Below are positions 1 through 14,300 of a stretch of DNA of 64,000 bases, in pieces. This DNA comes from Malacoraja senta. Its lineage: Eukaryota. The notes under the pieces are model-generated. The model saw only the letters and a list, made by a program, of their open reading frames with translations. It searched no databases and was not told the DNA's origin. Within the stretch, counting starts at the first letter, position 1. Each line of letters starts with the position of its first letter. A program made the translations under genes and the position numbers. The stretch covers positions 2,418,001 through 2,482,000 of the forward strand of contig CM075991.1 of NCBI GenBank assembly GCA_038087875.1, read 5' to 3'.

Positions 1-282
1 GACAATACAGCTCACCCCCTCCATGACACACCTGAGGAGTACCTTCAGCAAGACTGGTTCCACCAAGATGCAGCACAGAACGCCACAGATCATTCTTTCC
101 TGTGGCTATTAACCTGTACAACTCCTCTCCCTTCTATCACAGGGTACTGAGACTGACGCTCCCCAATCTTTTCCACTCGTCAGTTTAATTTCATCTTTCC
201 TCTCTTTGTGTTTTTTTATGTTTTTATGACTCAGATCAATTTCCTTCTGCGATAAATAAAGTTCTATCGTATCGTATCGTAA
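1..282 (+). mobile_element. Rex1/Babar-like LINE 3' end
   Basis: Degenerate RT C-terminus, then AATAAA and a (TATCG)n tail at about 265-280. Confidence 0.55.
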
Positions 283-1702
283 AAGCGGCAGGTAGCTGAA
301 ATGTTATGTCAAGGCATACGAGAAACATTCGATTTATCTGGGCGCAGGGGCAATGTGGAATGGGCTTGCACCATCATAAAATAAACTTTAAACACTGTCA
401 CGCATTTTACAATCCTTGAGCAGACTTTAATATAAAACTATTTACTCGTTGGTTTGTTATTTATTCAATATAGTGCAGAAACCATCAGAATGAAAAATTG
501 AGAATTTTGCGCACAGTAAAATTTGATGACGCTCAAGTGGGTGCCGAAAAGATTGAAGGATCTTGCCTGGATTGGCAAGTGATAAAAGATTGGAGAGGCT
601 TGGCCTGTTTTCTCTGGAGCAAAGGAGGCTGAGATAGCTTAATTTATGAGTGGCGTACATGGGGAAGGCAGGTAGATGTTTCCCCAAGTAGGGAATAGGT
701 TTAGGTATGAAGGGGATCTGAGGGGTAGATTTTTCACGCAAAGAATATTTGTTATTTAGAATGAGCTGCCAAAGATGGTGGAAGAGGAAGGAACATTCAA
801 GATGTATTTGGACAGTATTTTAATGAGCAGGGCATAGAGATATATAGAATGAATGCAGACAATTCATCCCCAGAGCTATAGCTGCTCTGAACCGGCCCTG
901 CTGAGTGCCCCCCTCATGAACTGTCTCCCTCGGATGGTCACGTCGCACATCGACCCGGCACAGACCTATTTGCACTTTATACTGTTTTACTGGGGTTTTT
1001 TAAATCTTGTTTTTCTGAGTGTCTAAATTTGTAGTTAATTAAGTTATTACATCGGATGGAAGCTGCATACCAAATCTCGTTGTACCTCTGTGCAATGACA
1101 ATAAAATATATCATTATTATTATTATTTAGATAGTCATGGTCAGGATAACTGCAGTGGGCTGAGGGCCTTTTTATGATGTGCAACTCTGTTTCAATGTAT
1201 ATTGGTTACAGACAGCAAACATTTCAACTCCAATGTGGAAAGTCAATAAACGGTAGATATTGAAAAATGAAAAGAAAATGCTGGAAACTGCCAGGTCAGG
1301 CAGTGTCTGTGGAAAAGGAATCCAAGTTAACATTTCAGATCAGAGAACCCTTTGTCAGTTTCCAGCATTTTCTGGTTTTAATTTCAGTTGTTAGTATTCA
1401 CAAATGAACAGCTATCTTTGTTCAGATCTCTGGTGCTGTCTGTGTGGCATTTGCATATTCTCTGCAACCATCTGGGTTTCCTCGAGCTGTTTGGTTTCAT
1501 TCCCAAGATGTACTGGCTATAAATTACCCCGAATATACATAGCTGGTGGGAGAATCAGGAGGATGTTAATCGACACAAAAGAGAAACCAGGTTGCACAAA
1601 ATAGTGGGGGTATGGAAAACATATAAAACTACAATGCGGCAAGCAGAAAATACCTGCTTCAAGCTGAAGCTCAATTCTTCAAGAAAAAAACCTGTTTCAA
1701 AC

Positions 1703-2430
1703 TATTGTGCGCAGTTTTGGTCTCCCAATTTGAGGAAGGACATTCTTGCTATTGAGGGAGTGCAGCGTAGGTTCACAAGGTTAATTCCCAGGATGGTGGG
1801 ACTGTCGTATGTTGATAGAATGGAGTGGCTGGGCTTGTATACTCTGGAATTTAGAAGGATGAGAGGATATCTTATTGAAACATACAAGATTATTCATGCT
1901 AGAGGCAGGAAACATGTTCCCGATGTTGGGGAGTCCAGAACCAGGGGCCACAGTTTAATAAAGGGCCTGTCCCACTTGGGCGCCATTTGCGCGTCACGCA
2001 GATGGAACGTCACACAGATTTTGTACATCCCAAAATCCTGGGGCGCCGCGCGCGACACTGCCTACGTCACGACGCCCATCAAGTGCGCGTGATGACGCAC
2101 GCGTCGTGACGCATAAATGATGTCACGTAAATGATGCCCAAGTGGGACAGGCCCTTAAGGGGTAAGCCATTCAGAACGGAGATGAGGAAAAACTTTTTCA
2201 CATAAAGAGTTGCAAATCTGTGGAATTCTCTGCCTCAGAGGACGATGGAGGCTGGTTCTCTGGATGCTTTCAAGTGAGAGCTAGATAGGGCTCTTGAAGA
2301 TCGCGGAGTCAAGGGATATGGGGAGAAGGCAGGAACGGGGTACTGATTGTGGATAATCAGCCATGATCACATTGAATGGTGGTGCTGGCTCTAGGGGGCC
2401 GAATGGCCTACTCCTGCACCTATTGCCTAT
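1703..2430 (+). mobile_element. CR1 LINE 3' fragment interrupted by a MITE
   Basis: YCAQFWSPNLRKDILAIEGVQRRFTRLIP; (CTATTG)-type tail at about 2420. Confidence 0.85.
1962..2155. mobile_element. PIF/Harbinger-type MITE
   Basis: TIR AGGGCCTGTCCCACTTGGG / CCCAAGTGGGACAGGCCCT with TAA on both flanks; splits a CR1. Confidence 0.8.
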
Positions 2431-2617
2431 TGCGATGCATCTGCAGAAAGAGAAAGTCGTCAACATTTTCGGTTAAGGACCCCTCCTCAGAACTAAAGGA
2501 AGTGCCAGCTTGCAAAACTGAAGTGAGGGGATGAGATTGTTTTAGGTGTGGAATAGACTTGATAGGTTGGGAATGTCAGGCCACAATGTTTCATGAATAA
2601 ATGTAACCATTAATATA

Positions 2618-2930
2618 TGGTGGTGCTGTGAGGGAGCAGCTCTACCAGCTGCACTACTGAGCAGCACAGAGTCCCAGGTTCGATCCTGACATTAGGTGCT
2701 GTCTGCGTGGAGTTTGCATATTTTCCCTGTGACTGCATGGGTTCCGCAGTTTCCTCCCTCATGCCAAAGACATGCAGTTTTGTAGGTTAATTAACCACTT
2801 GAAATTGCTCTTGGTGTATAGGGAGTGGATGGGGAAAGTGGGATAAAACAGAACTAGTGTGAACAGATGATCAATGTTTTGCATGGACTCCATGGGCCAA
2901 AGGGCCTTTATCCACGCTGTATCTCTAAAA
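2618..2930 (+). mobile_element. tRNA-derived HE1/V-SINE-like SINE
   Basis: B box GGTTCGATCC at about 2677; V-SINE-like core; CR1-like tail. Confidence 0.7.
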
Positions 2931-3516
2931 TAAAATATGCCTGGAACCCATACAAGCATATAATGATGATAAATATGCATGTAAAGAATCTAGACTTTGC
3001 AGGATCAACTGGGATAACAGATGACTCATGTCCTTCTGCTTCACCTTGACTGCTTGCTACGAATGCAAGGTTAGGTGGTGAGAGGAATGCAGACAGGCTC
3101 CAGGCAGTCCTGACAGCATAAGGGTCTTGGCATGATGCTGATGAGTGTAATGTGAAAAGTGAGGCTGTCCATAAGTTTGGAGATTCAGATGTCCATGTAC
3201 ATGAAAAATAATTTAACCTTAATAAGAATGTACAGCAAACAATTAGGAAAACAAACTGCATGTTAGCCCTTATTTTACAAGGATTGGAGTTTTAGAGTAG
3301 GGACACCTACTATAATGAGGGCCCTGGCCAAACTATCTGGAATACTGCATGCAGGTTTGGTCCACACATGAAGAAAATTATTACGATGGAAATGTTGCAA
3401 TGGTTGACTCCTGAGATGTGGAGTTTTAAACAGACTCTATCTATTCTGAAGTTTTAGTGGCAAACGTCTTACGAAAATATTAAAAATTCATTCAGAGTAG
3501 ATAGAGTACATGTGGA

Positions 3517-3676
3517 TCGACAAAATGCTGGAGTAACTCAGTGGGACAGGCAGCATCTCGAGTCCCGAAACATCACCCATTCCTTCTCTCCAGAGATGCT
3601 GCCTGTCTCGCTGAGTTACTCCAGCAATTTGTGTCTATCTTCGATTTAAACCAGCATCTGCAGTTCTTTCCTACAC
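3517..3676. mobile_element. Penelope-derived inverted (hairpin) mini-insertion
   Basis: Inverted arms; 14-bp direct repeat agagtacatgtgga at 3503-3516 and 3677-3690. Confidence 0.75.
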
Positions 3677-3935
3677 AGAGTACATGTGGAGTTGATTTTC
3701 CTTTGCTAATGTGACTGGATGTGGTGAACATTTTGAAATAAAGGGGTAATTCATTAAGGACTGAGATGAGAAATGTCTTCATCTAAAGGATAGTGAACCT
3801 TTGGAATTCTCCACCCAAGAGCAAAATCTTCCCTAAATAGTTATGGACCAGAAAGATTGAACAATTAGACAGTTTCAGTCAGTTACTGATTCCAATATTT
3901 TATTGTTGATTACAGAAGGAAGGCCAAAATCACAA

Positions 3936-3941
3936 TTTATT
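3936..3941 (-). terminator. Candidate polyadenylation signal (AATAAA) of the aminopeptidase gene; a second one lies at 3899-3904
   Basis: tttatt on plus strand at the end of about 1.25 kb of repeat-poor 3' UTR-like sequence. Confidence 0.5.
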
Positions 3942-5183
3942 AAGAAGTTGGCACAATCCAAAGCACAAGAAACACATTACATCATTTTTAATCCACAACA
4001 AAAAACATAAATCACAATGGGGAGAGCAGACACATGCCATGGAATTGCACTTGCAGTAATTCACTCTTGGAATAAAGTTACAAAGAATCTTACATGTCCT
4101 CTTAAGGTATCAGAATGAGAAAATACTTCACTCAGTTAAATACCTTGCCATTATCACCAAAGACCTTTCTAAAAAAAATCTTGTTTGATAACAATAGGAT
4201 TACTGTTCACTAAATCATGATCATGACACCTTTCATACATTCAGATGCCTCTCTGATCTAACTAAGTAGTGAAAGCACCATTTAAAGTATTTGTCTGTCA
4301 AATCTAATGCAAGATCCATGTCTCCACTTTGATTGAAGTTCAGTCTTTTTTTTGAAAGAATAGTAGAAAGTAGAACTGCTTCACATTTGCTGATTTGCCT
4401 TGGTGGGTTAATGTCTAAAAATTGTCTGGTAAAGACAAGCTTTGGTCACAACAGGAAACCCAGAACTTTATATCGCAAAGAAAGTATTTTGCAGCCATTG
4501 CTGCATAGATTAGTCTCATTGTATCTTATTGCTGAATGTAGTTAATGATGGACAGTTGGGTGCCACACTATAGAAAAATGTATACGCAATTACAGGACCT
4601 CGTGATAGGCAGACCATCCTTCCTCTAAGTGGTACACTCGGTTTTCAATTCCATGATAATGCAATAGTGACCAATTAACACAAAAAGACTTTCAAAAGTG
4701 TAATCTGATTTGGCTCAAAACTTCAATGCCAAGTGTGCATAATTATTGAAACTACACTTAATAGCAGCAGACCGTTGAACACAAATCCTACCAAATGTAC
4801 GGGCACCTTTAACACTTTGCTTTTTGACTGCTGTGATTCCAATCATTTCCTGCATGTGATGGATTGGCCCTCAAAATTTACCCATTTTTCTTGAAATATT
4901 TAGATTGCACAACTCAAAAATTACATAGAGAAAGTGAACTCACTGATTATCCTACCTGAGAAAAGTTTGGAGTGTTGATTAACCTGCAGGTAGACTATCC
5001 TAGTAAAGCTCCACTGACTGACTAACGACATTATTATCATTAACTTCATGTTTCCTTCACAATCAAGTCGATAAGCTGACCACTTCCCTGGAGTTCCTGC
5101 GATTAGCCTTTTCTAGGTGGTCTCTGAATGCTGATTAGAAAAAATCATCTCAATGGACCAGACTATTCCAAACATCTATTTGC

Positions 5184-5318
5184 TCAAACACGATGCAGGA
5201 TGTACTTTGCTGCCAGAGCAAGCACCGGTGATCCGGTTGGTATCCCAGGGAATGGGCCAGACGATCCAGCTATGTCAATGTGGGAGTAGCAAAGGGGTTT
5301 TTCAGAATCTATTCCATG
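5184..5318 (-). CDS. M17 aminopeptidase exon 17, last coding exon (HGIDSEKPLCYSHIDIAGSSGPFPGIPTGSPVLALAAKYILHRV*)
   Basis: ttgcag| acceptor; HIDIAG motif; TGA at 5184-5186. Confidence 0.93.
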   Translation of the reverse strand, partial: HGIDSEKPLCYSHIDIAGSSGPFPGIPTGSPVLALAAKYILHRV

Positions 5319-8300
5319 CTGCAAGAAAAGAATACATTTAGTACATACGGTTTTACAGCACACATAATGGCAAAGCATCACCATAAAGCTGAGAATACCT
5401 TGAAAATAAAAATAAAATGATGCAGGTGAAAAAGACAAATCAAAGAATCTTAAGTACCATCATCTCCATAATTAGACATTACAATTCTTCCCTCATACCC
5501 ATCAAGTCCAGAGGAAGGGCCTCGACCCAAATTTTCAACTGCCCATTTCTCTCCACAGATGCCACCCCAGTGAGGTTTCCTCTAGCAGTTTGTCGTTTGT
5601 GCCACATAATAATTCATTTCATTTGCCCATTCCACCAGCCTTTATATTTCTTTCAAGTTTGTAACTATCCACTTCGCAGCTTAACACACATCTAATACAC
5701 CTGTTCTGTCTTCAGCAAAATTGAGCTTTGTACAACCAAATTATTAATAAGAAAAGCAGTGGCCGCAATACTGGCCATCAGTGACAAATCACCTTACACC
5801 TCCCTCCAGTCTTGGCACTACTATTATTTAGCTAAGTTTCTGGGGTGGAAGATTGCAGCCTTCACATGGTCCGCCCTGTTTCGACGAATGCAATGAACCC
5901 GCTGTGCACAATCATATAAGATCAAATAGAACAAGTTGTCCTACAACTTTAGGCTGTGCACGCCGTATGCAAGAAGAAGCTAATCTTCTATCCACGCTGT
6001 TACAGGACTTACTGTCTATTAAAATTGCATGAATGTATGACAACACAACAAAGTTAAAGATTGTTGAATTCAGTTACTGCGCAATCAACTGGCTGAAGTT
6101 CCACAACATACACCTTGAAGCCCAACTTAAAATGCCTCATAATTTATAAACATTACCTTATCTAGGCCAGAACCCATGATGAGGAAAGCTGCAGGTGATT
6201 GGTGCCCACGGGGTGTGGCGCTGGATGGCAAGTTGTTACACTGTAAAATATCCTCATATTCTGACTTTCCTTTGTGGAAATCATAATCTTCACGGCGAAT
6301 GGTAGAGATTTCAAAAGGATCACCCACTTCATCACCAGCTACCAGCAACACACAACAGCAAAATGATTTGTTTGTACAGCAATCACATTGTAATAATTAA
6401 CATGTAGTATGTTACTAAAACTAGAGCAAGTGTCATACAGTATGGAAACAAACCCTTCAACCCACTTAGTCCACACCAACCATTCACTCCAATCCTAAAC
6501 AAACTCCATTTCATTTTCTCCACATTCCCATCAGCTCCCGAGATTCTACCTCTCAGCTACACACTAATGCAATTTGCAGTGACTGATTAAACTGCTAGCC
6601 TACGTGTGTTTGGGATGAGATGGAAAACCAGAGCACCTGGAGGAAACCCATAAGGTCACAGGAAGAATGCACAAACTTCACACCGACAGTATTGGAGATC
6701 AGAACTGAGCTCAGGTTGCTTGTGGTTAAGCTGTCGCTCGCTTTGCTGCACCACTGCATCAACTGCCCCCCACCGTCAACAACTAGTTATTCCCCACCCT
6801 ACCCCACGCAACAAAAGCTTTCATAACAAGTAACTGTACCTAAACAATTGTTAGTCCAGGAGGCAGGAAGGTCATGTCTACAGCTTATCTTTCTTGGCCT
6901 ATTCCGAACTATATCAAACTACATGTAAAATAGTGCACACAGTTCTTAGAATTTATACTTTGAGTGGAATCAATATAAAGCTATTAGGAAGATAGATTCC
7001 TGCCATATTGCTCATCCTTTACATTTAGTGATGTGAATTTGCTAGTACAGCAGTAGAGGTGGAGGGACAAATTGTTCTTACCCCCTTGAAGCCCATGAGC
7101 AGTCCTGGCCCAGCGTGCAGGACCATTATCCATTATTATCTGCACCAAAAAGCAGAGTTGTTTAAAGCATGCAAAGAAAACAGATTCAAGATTAAAGGTC
7201 AGGCGTCACAGAGCTACACAGCACAAACAGGCCCTTTGGCCCATCTTCTCCATGCTGGCCACGTTGGCATACATCAACATTTGGCCCAGAGACCTCTCAA
7301 ACCCTTCCTATCCATGTATCTGTCCAAATGTCTTTTAAAACTCGTAATTTTATCTGCTCTATAACTTCCTCTGGCAACGTCACCCATTCCTTCTGTCCAG
7401 AGATGCTGCCTGTCCCGCTGAATTACTCCAGCATTTTGTGTCTACCAAGAGAATAACAGCAGATACTGTTATCTGTGATCGCCACAGATGAAAACATGCT
7501 TCTTTTGGCGCTTTAAAATAGCTTCCAGTTGTCATAGGAATACATGAATTTAGCTTGGCAATTGACTGGAAAGCTTATTTTCCAACTTTCCTGTCTATTC
7601 TGAGGCAAGTCCATTTGCGTTCAATTTAACTAAGACAAACTTCAGGTTTCAAGGCAATTTAATTTTCAAGGTGAGAGATTTTATTTATATACCTATGTCA
7701 TCACAGCCCAACTCACAGCTGAATCACTGGAGACTAATTGCACATTGTAAAATCCCATAAAAATGGAGTCGATACACATTTCAATTACTTTTGTGTACTT
7801 GTTAGGGGTAAAATGCAGCCAGGACACTAATGATATCACAGCTCTTCAAAGGAGATTGCAATAGATGTTTTAATTATTTTGGACAGATGGGCATATAGCT
7901 CGAAGTCTCACCATAACACAACAAACCTAATGGCACAGCTTTCAGCATCAGAATGTCTGCTTTAATTATGTTTAACACCAAGGGACAGCACATATCAGAC
8001 TGACTACACAAAATGAAAAAATATACACTTTTTACAGTCTGAACCAACACAACTGACGACAATACAATTCCAACTGTGTCACATTGGTCAAGTCAAGTCA
8101 CATTTATTTATATAGCACATTTAAAAAACAACTCTCGTTGGCCAAAGTGCTTTACATTTGTTATAAGAATAGCACAACAAAACAAACTACATACATATAT
8201 AGGGTACACAAAAATGCTGGAGAAACTCAGCGGGTGCAGCAGCATCTATGGAGCGAAGGAAATAGGCAACGTTTCGGGCCGAAACCCTTCTTCAGACCCG

Positions 8301-11300
8301 AAACGTTGCCCATTTCCTTCGCTCCATAGACGCTGCTGCACCCGCTGAGTTTCTCCAGCATTTTTGTGTACCTACATACATATATACATGTAGCCCTCAC
8401 TCAGAGGACGTCAGGAAAGGCTTGGGAGTATAGATAAGTCTTTAGTCGACTTAAAAGTCGATGGAGGGGGCGGTTCTGATGGGAAAGGGGATGCTGTTCC
8501 AGTCTAGGGGCTGCAACCGCAAAGGCGCGGTCGCCCCTGAGCTTTTGCCTAGACCGTGGGATATTCAGCAACCCCAAGTCGGCCGATCTGAGGGGCCTGG
8601 AGGTGGAGTGGTGGGTGAGAAGACTTTTTATGTAGGTGGGGGCAAGCCCATTGAGGGCTTTGTAGACATGGAGGAGGATCTTGAAGTTTATACGGAACCG
8701 CACAGAGAGCCAGTGTAGAGAGGCCAGGATCGGGGTGACGTGGTCCCTTTTTCGGGTGCCCGTCAGGAGTCACGCTGCGGCGTTTTGGACCAGTTGCAGG
8801 CGGGACAGGGAAGATTGGCTGATGCCAGTGTAAAGGGAGTTGCAGTAATCTAGGCGGGAGGAGATGAATGTGTGGATGATCTTTTCCAGGTCATCAAACT
8901 GGAGGAATTGTTATATTTTAGCTATCGTCCGAAGCTGAAAGAAGCTAGCTTTTACCACGGCATTGACTTGTTTGTCAAATTTCAGTGCCGAGTCAAATAT
9001 CACGCCAGTGGGGTCGCTGCAAGCTAGCAGCCCTGCCAGCAGCGTGTTCGGTTTTTCAACTTTTTTTGTTTTTTTAGTGTGTTTTAATGTATGTTTTTAA
9101 TGTTTCTTTGTGGGGGGGGGGGGGGAACCGCTTCAGTCGCCTCCTCCACAGAGAGGCGACTTTTTCCATGTCGCCTCCCCTGTGGCCTAACATAAAGGAT
9201 CGGTGCGGCCTTTCCCGGAGAAGCGCCTGGGGCTTCAGCGTCCGCAGCCTGGGATCCCTCGTTGGGGACCCTGGAGGAGAAGAGCTCCGACTGCCGGCCC
9301 GCGGCCAACTTCTACCGTGGGCGCGGCGGGGACTTACCGTCTGGAGCAGGGTCCCTCGCCAGGGATCCCTGGAGAGGAGCTCTGACCGCCGGCCCTGCGA
9401 CCCTGCAGTCTGCGGTGCTTCTGGCTGAGGCGTGGCAGGGACTTTAAATCTTCGACCGCTGGCCTGTGGCCTCCACCATAAGGTCTTCGGTGGGGAGGCA
9501 TCGATTCAGGACTTACCTGGACTTGGACTTACCCTGTCTGGTCATCTGGATGCCCGCAGCAGCGACTGCGGAGGGTTGAGGTCCCGACCACGGGGAAAAT
9601 GGAGGAGGACTGGCCAAATTTTGTGCCTTCCACCACAGTGATGAATGCTGTGGTGGATGTTTGTGTAAATTTTTATTGTGTATTGTGTGTTCTTTTTTGT
9701 TGTACCGCTGCTGGCAAATTCATTTCACTGCACTTATACGCAAGTGACGAATAAAACTTGATTGATTGATTGTACAACATTCTATAAAGTAGCAAAACTT
9801 AAAACTAGTTGATTTTATTTAGATAAAAGGCGCCCACTTCACTTTTAAGTTCCTACTCCAAACCTGACAAATTGGTTAAAGACACAAAGTGCTGGAGTAA
9901 CTCAGGGGTGTCAGGCAGCATCTCTACAGAACATGAATTTTAGGTCAGAGTCCTGACCTGAGGTGTTGCCTATCCATGTTATTAGTCAACATGGATTTGT
10001 GCCTGGAATGTCATATTTGACTAATCTTGTATTTTTGAAGAGGTTACTAGGGAAATTGATGAGGGTAAAGCGGTGGATGTTGTCTATGTGGACTTCAGTA
10101 AGGCCTTTGACAAGGTTCCACATGGAAGGTTGGTTAATAAGGTTCAATTGTTGGGTATTAATAGTGGAGTAGCAAGATGGATTCAACAGTGGCTGATTGG
10201 GAGATACCAGAGAGTAATGGTGGATAATTGTTTGTGCGGTTGGAGGCCAGTGACTAGTGGGGTGCCTCAGGGATCTGTGTTGGGTCCATTGTTGTTTGTC
10301 ACATACATCAATGATCTGGATGATGGTGTGGTAAATTGGATTAGTAAGTATGCAGATAATACTAAGATAGGTGGTGTTGTGGATAATGAAGTAGATTTTC
10401 AAAGTCTACAGAGAGATTTAGGCCATTTGGAAGAGTGGGCTGAAAGATGGCAGATGGAGTTTAATGCTGATAAGTGTGAGGTGCTGGATCTTGGCAGGAC
10501 AAATCAAAATAGGACGTACATTGTAAATGGTAACGAATTGAGGAATGCAGTTGAACAGAGGGATCTAGGAATAACTGTGCATGGTTCCCTGAAGGTGGAA
10601 TCTCATGTAGATAGGGTGGTAAAGAAAGCTTTTGGTGTGCTGGCCTTTATAAATCAGAGCATTGAGTATAGACGTTGGGATGTAATGTTAAAATTATACA
10701 AGGTATTGGTGAGGCCAATTCTGGAATATGGTGTACAATTCTGGTCGCCAAATTATAGGAAAGATGTCAACCAAATAGAGAGAGTACAGAGGAGATTTAC
10801 TAGAATGTTGCCTGGGTTTCAGCACCTAAGTTACAGAGAAAGGTTGAACAAGATAGGTCTTTATTCTTTGGAGCGCAGAAGGTTATGGGGGTACTTGATA
10901 GAGGTCTTTAAAATTATGAGAGGGATAGACAGAGTTGATGTGGATAAGCTTTTTCCATTGAGAGTAGGGAAGATTCAAACAAGAGGACATGATTTGAGAA
11001 TTAAGTGACAAAAGTTTACGGGCAACATGAGGGGGAACTTCTTTACTCGGACAGTGGTAGCTGTGTGGAATGAGCTTATAATGGAAGTGGTGAAGGCAGG
11101 TTCGTTTTTATCATTTAAAAATAAATTGGATAGATATATGGACGGGAAAGGAATGGAGGGTTATGGTCTGAGTGCAGGTAGATGGGACTAGGTGAGAGTA
11201 AGTGTTCGGCACGGACTAGAAGCGCCGAGATGGCCTGTTTCCGTGCTGTAATTGTTACATGGTTATATGTTCTCCAGAAATGCTGACTGACCCACTAAGT

Positions 11301-14300
11301 TACTCCAACATCTTGTGTCTGATGTTATTTGATGCACTGCCAAAGTATTTGCAAGACCCTCACATTATAGACTATAGATTGAACTCACAGAATAATTGCA
11401 ACCAGCAGCTCGAACAGCATGGCCAGTCAGTGTGGCAATTGTGAACAATTCAAAGTGATTAGGTTCATATTTTTCAAGAGCCTGTAAAATAGAAATAATA
11501 ATAATTCATCTTGAAACGGGTAATGCTGGAACATGTACTTCTACTCAATGAACAGGCTTAATGCTATTCAAACATCAGATACACTGAATGAAAACAAGTT
11601 ATGTTTATGAAAATTTCCATCCTGCACTCAAATTCGCTTGGGACATCGCCGAGATCTCCCTACCGTTTCTAGATCTCACCGTCTCCATCACAGGAGACAG
11701 ACTATCGACTGACATCTATTACAAACCCACTGACTCCCATAAATATCTAGACTACACTTCTTCCCACCCTGCTTCCTGTAAAGACTCTATCCTCCACTTC
11801 CAATTCCTCTGTCTACGCCGCATATGTACCCAGGATGAGGTTTTCCATACCAGGTAATCGGCGATGTTCTCATTCTTTAGGGAATGGAAGTTCTCCAATT
11901 CCATTATAGATGAGGCTCTCACTGTCTCCTCGATATCTCGTAGCTCCGCTCTTATCCCCCCTTTCGTAATAGGGACAGAGTCCCCTTTGTCTTCACCTTC
12001 CGCCCCATCAGCCGTCGCATACAGCACATGATCCTCTGACATTTACGCCACCTCCAACAGGATCCCACTGCAAGCCATATCTTCCCATCTTCACCCCTTT
12101 CTGCTTTCCGCAGAGAATGTTCCTTCCACAATCTGGTCAACTCATCCCTTCTCACCCCCTCCCCAGGTACTTTCCCCTGCAACCCCAGGAGATGGAACAC
12201 CTGTCCCTGTATCTCCTCCCTCGACTCCGTCCAAGGACCCACCCAGTCTTTTCGGGTGAGGCAGAGGTTCACTTGCACCTCCACCAACTTCATCTACTGT
12301 ATCCGCTGTTCCAGGTGTCGACTCTTGTATATCAGCTTGACCAAGCACAGGCTCGGCGATCGTTTCGCTGTACACCGCTCAGTCCGCCAAAACCTACCTG
12401 ATCTCCCAGTTGCTCAGCAATTTAACTCCCCCCTCCCATTTCCAATCTGACCTTTCTGTCCTGGGCTTCCTCCATTGTCAGTGAGGCCCTGCAGAAGGAC
12501 CTCTTTGCTCCTATACTCAACTCCTCTAGTTATGAAGAAAAACATGCCATTCGCTTTCTTCACTTCCTGCTATACCTGCATGCTTACTTTCATTGACTGA
12601 TGAACAAGGACCCCCAGATCCCGTTGTACTTCGCCTTTTCCCAACTTGGCGACATTTAGATAATAATCTTCCTTCCTGTTTTTGCTACCAAAGTGGATAG
12701 CCTTTCTTCAGTATAAGCTTATTATCAGTAAACACTCCTGCACAGTGAAATAAGAATGGAAGAATGTATCGTGTTTGCCCTGTGGACAACTCTTGTAGCT
12801 AGATGTGGACTGTAGGCAGGGACAGGACACACCTTTTCCTTCATGCTGCACAACAGATCCACCATTGCCATGCGCCCCTCAGCATCAGTATTTCCAACCC
12901 GAATTCTTCTCTTTGCACGAGATGTGATAATCTCATCGGCCACATAGCAGTCTAGGCATAAGAGAACACCACAAGTTCAGAGCACAAAATTACATTTCAA
13001 CTTGTTTATATTAGGGATAAATTTAAGAGTAACAAGTGCCTTTTAAAATCCAAGAATCATCCAAAATGTTCAGGATCTTTTGATGGCAACTAGAGCATAG
13101 TTTTTATCTCAGTATCCGATTCAACTGCTGATGATTTGGAATTTTATCGAAGCAATACCATCTGCGCAAAGTCACACTGAACAGCAAAGTAGCAAAGGCT
13201 ACTGGGGAGCCTTTAAACTAGAACGGTTGGGGGGAGGGACTCAAATAGAGAAAGCTAGTGGAAAATGAGGGAGGCAGGAGGCAGAGAAGGGAAGCACTCG
13301 GACCCAAAATGTAGGGGAGAAAGAAGAAAAAGATAATAAACAGAGAATAAGTGGTACACAAAAATGCTGGAGAAACTCAGCGGGTGCAGGAACATCTATG
13401 GAGCGAAGGAAATAGGCAACGTTTCGGGCCGAAACCCTTCTTCAGACTGATAGGGGGTGGGGAGAAGAAAGGAAAAAAGCGGAGGAGGAGCCCGAGGGCT
13501 GGGGGACGGGAGGAGACAACCAGAGGGCTGATGAAGGGGAGGGGACAGCAAGGGCTAGCAGAATTGGGAGAATTCAATGTTCAAGCCCGCAGGATGTAGA
13601 CTGCCCAAGCGGAATATGAGGTGCATTTCCTCCAATTTAAGTGGTGGTGGGTTTCTTAAATGTGTATATTTTAATGCTAGGAGCATTGTAAGAAAGGTGG
13701 ATGAGCTTAGAGCCTGGATTGACATCTGGAAGTATGATGTTGTGGCGATCAGTGAAACATGGTTGCAGGAGGACTGTGATTGGCAAATAAATATTCCAGG
13801 ATTTCGTTGCTTCAGGGGTGATAGAATTGGAGGGGCAAGAGGTGGGGGTGTTGCATTGCTTGTCAAGGAAGATATTACAGCAGTGCTTTGGCAGGATAGA
13901 TTAGAGGGCTCGTCTAGGGAGGCTATTTGGGTGGAACTGAGAAATGGGAAACGTGTAGCAACACTTATAGGGATGTATTATAGACCGCCAAATGGGGAGC
14001 GAGAATTGGAAGAGCAAATATGTAAGGAGATAGCAGATTTTAGTAGTAAGCACAAGGTAGTGATTGTGGGAGATTTCAATTTTCCACACATAGACTGGGA
14101 AACACATTCTTTAAAAGGGCTGGATGGTTTGGAGTTTGTAAAATGTGTGCAAGATAGTTTTTTTCAGCAATACATAGAGGTACCTACTAGAGAAGGGGCA
14201 GTGCTGGACCTCCTGTTAGGAAATGAGACAGGGCAGGTGGCGGAGGTATGCGTCTGGGAGCACTTCGGGTCCAGTGATCACAATACCATGTTTCAATATA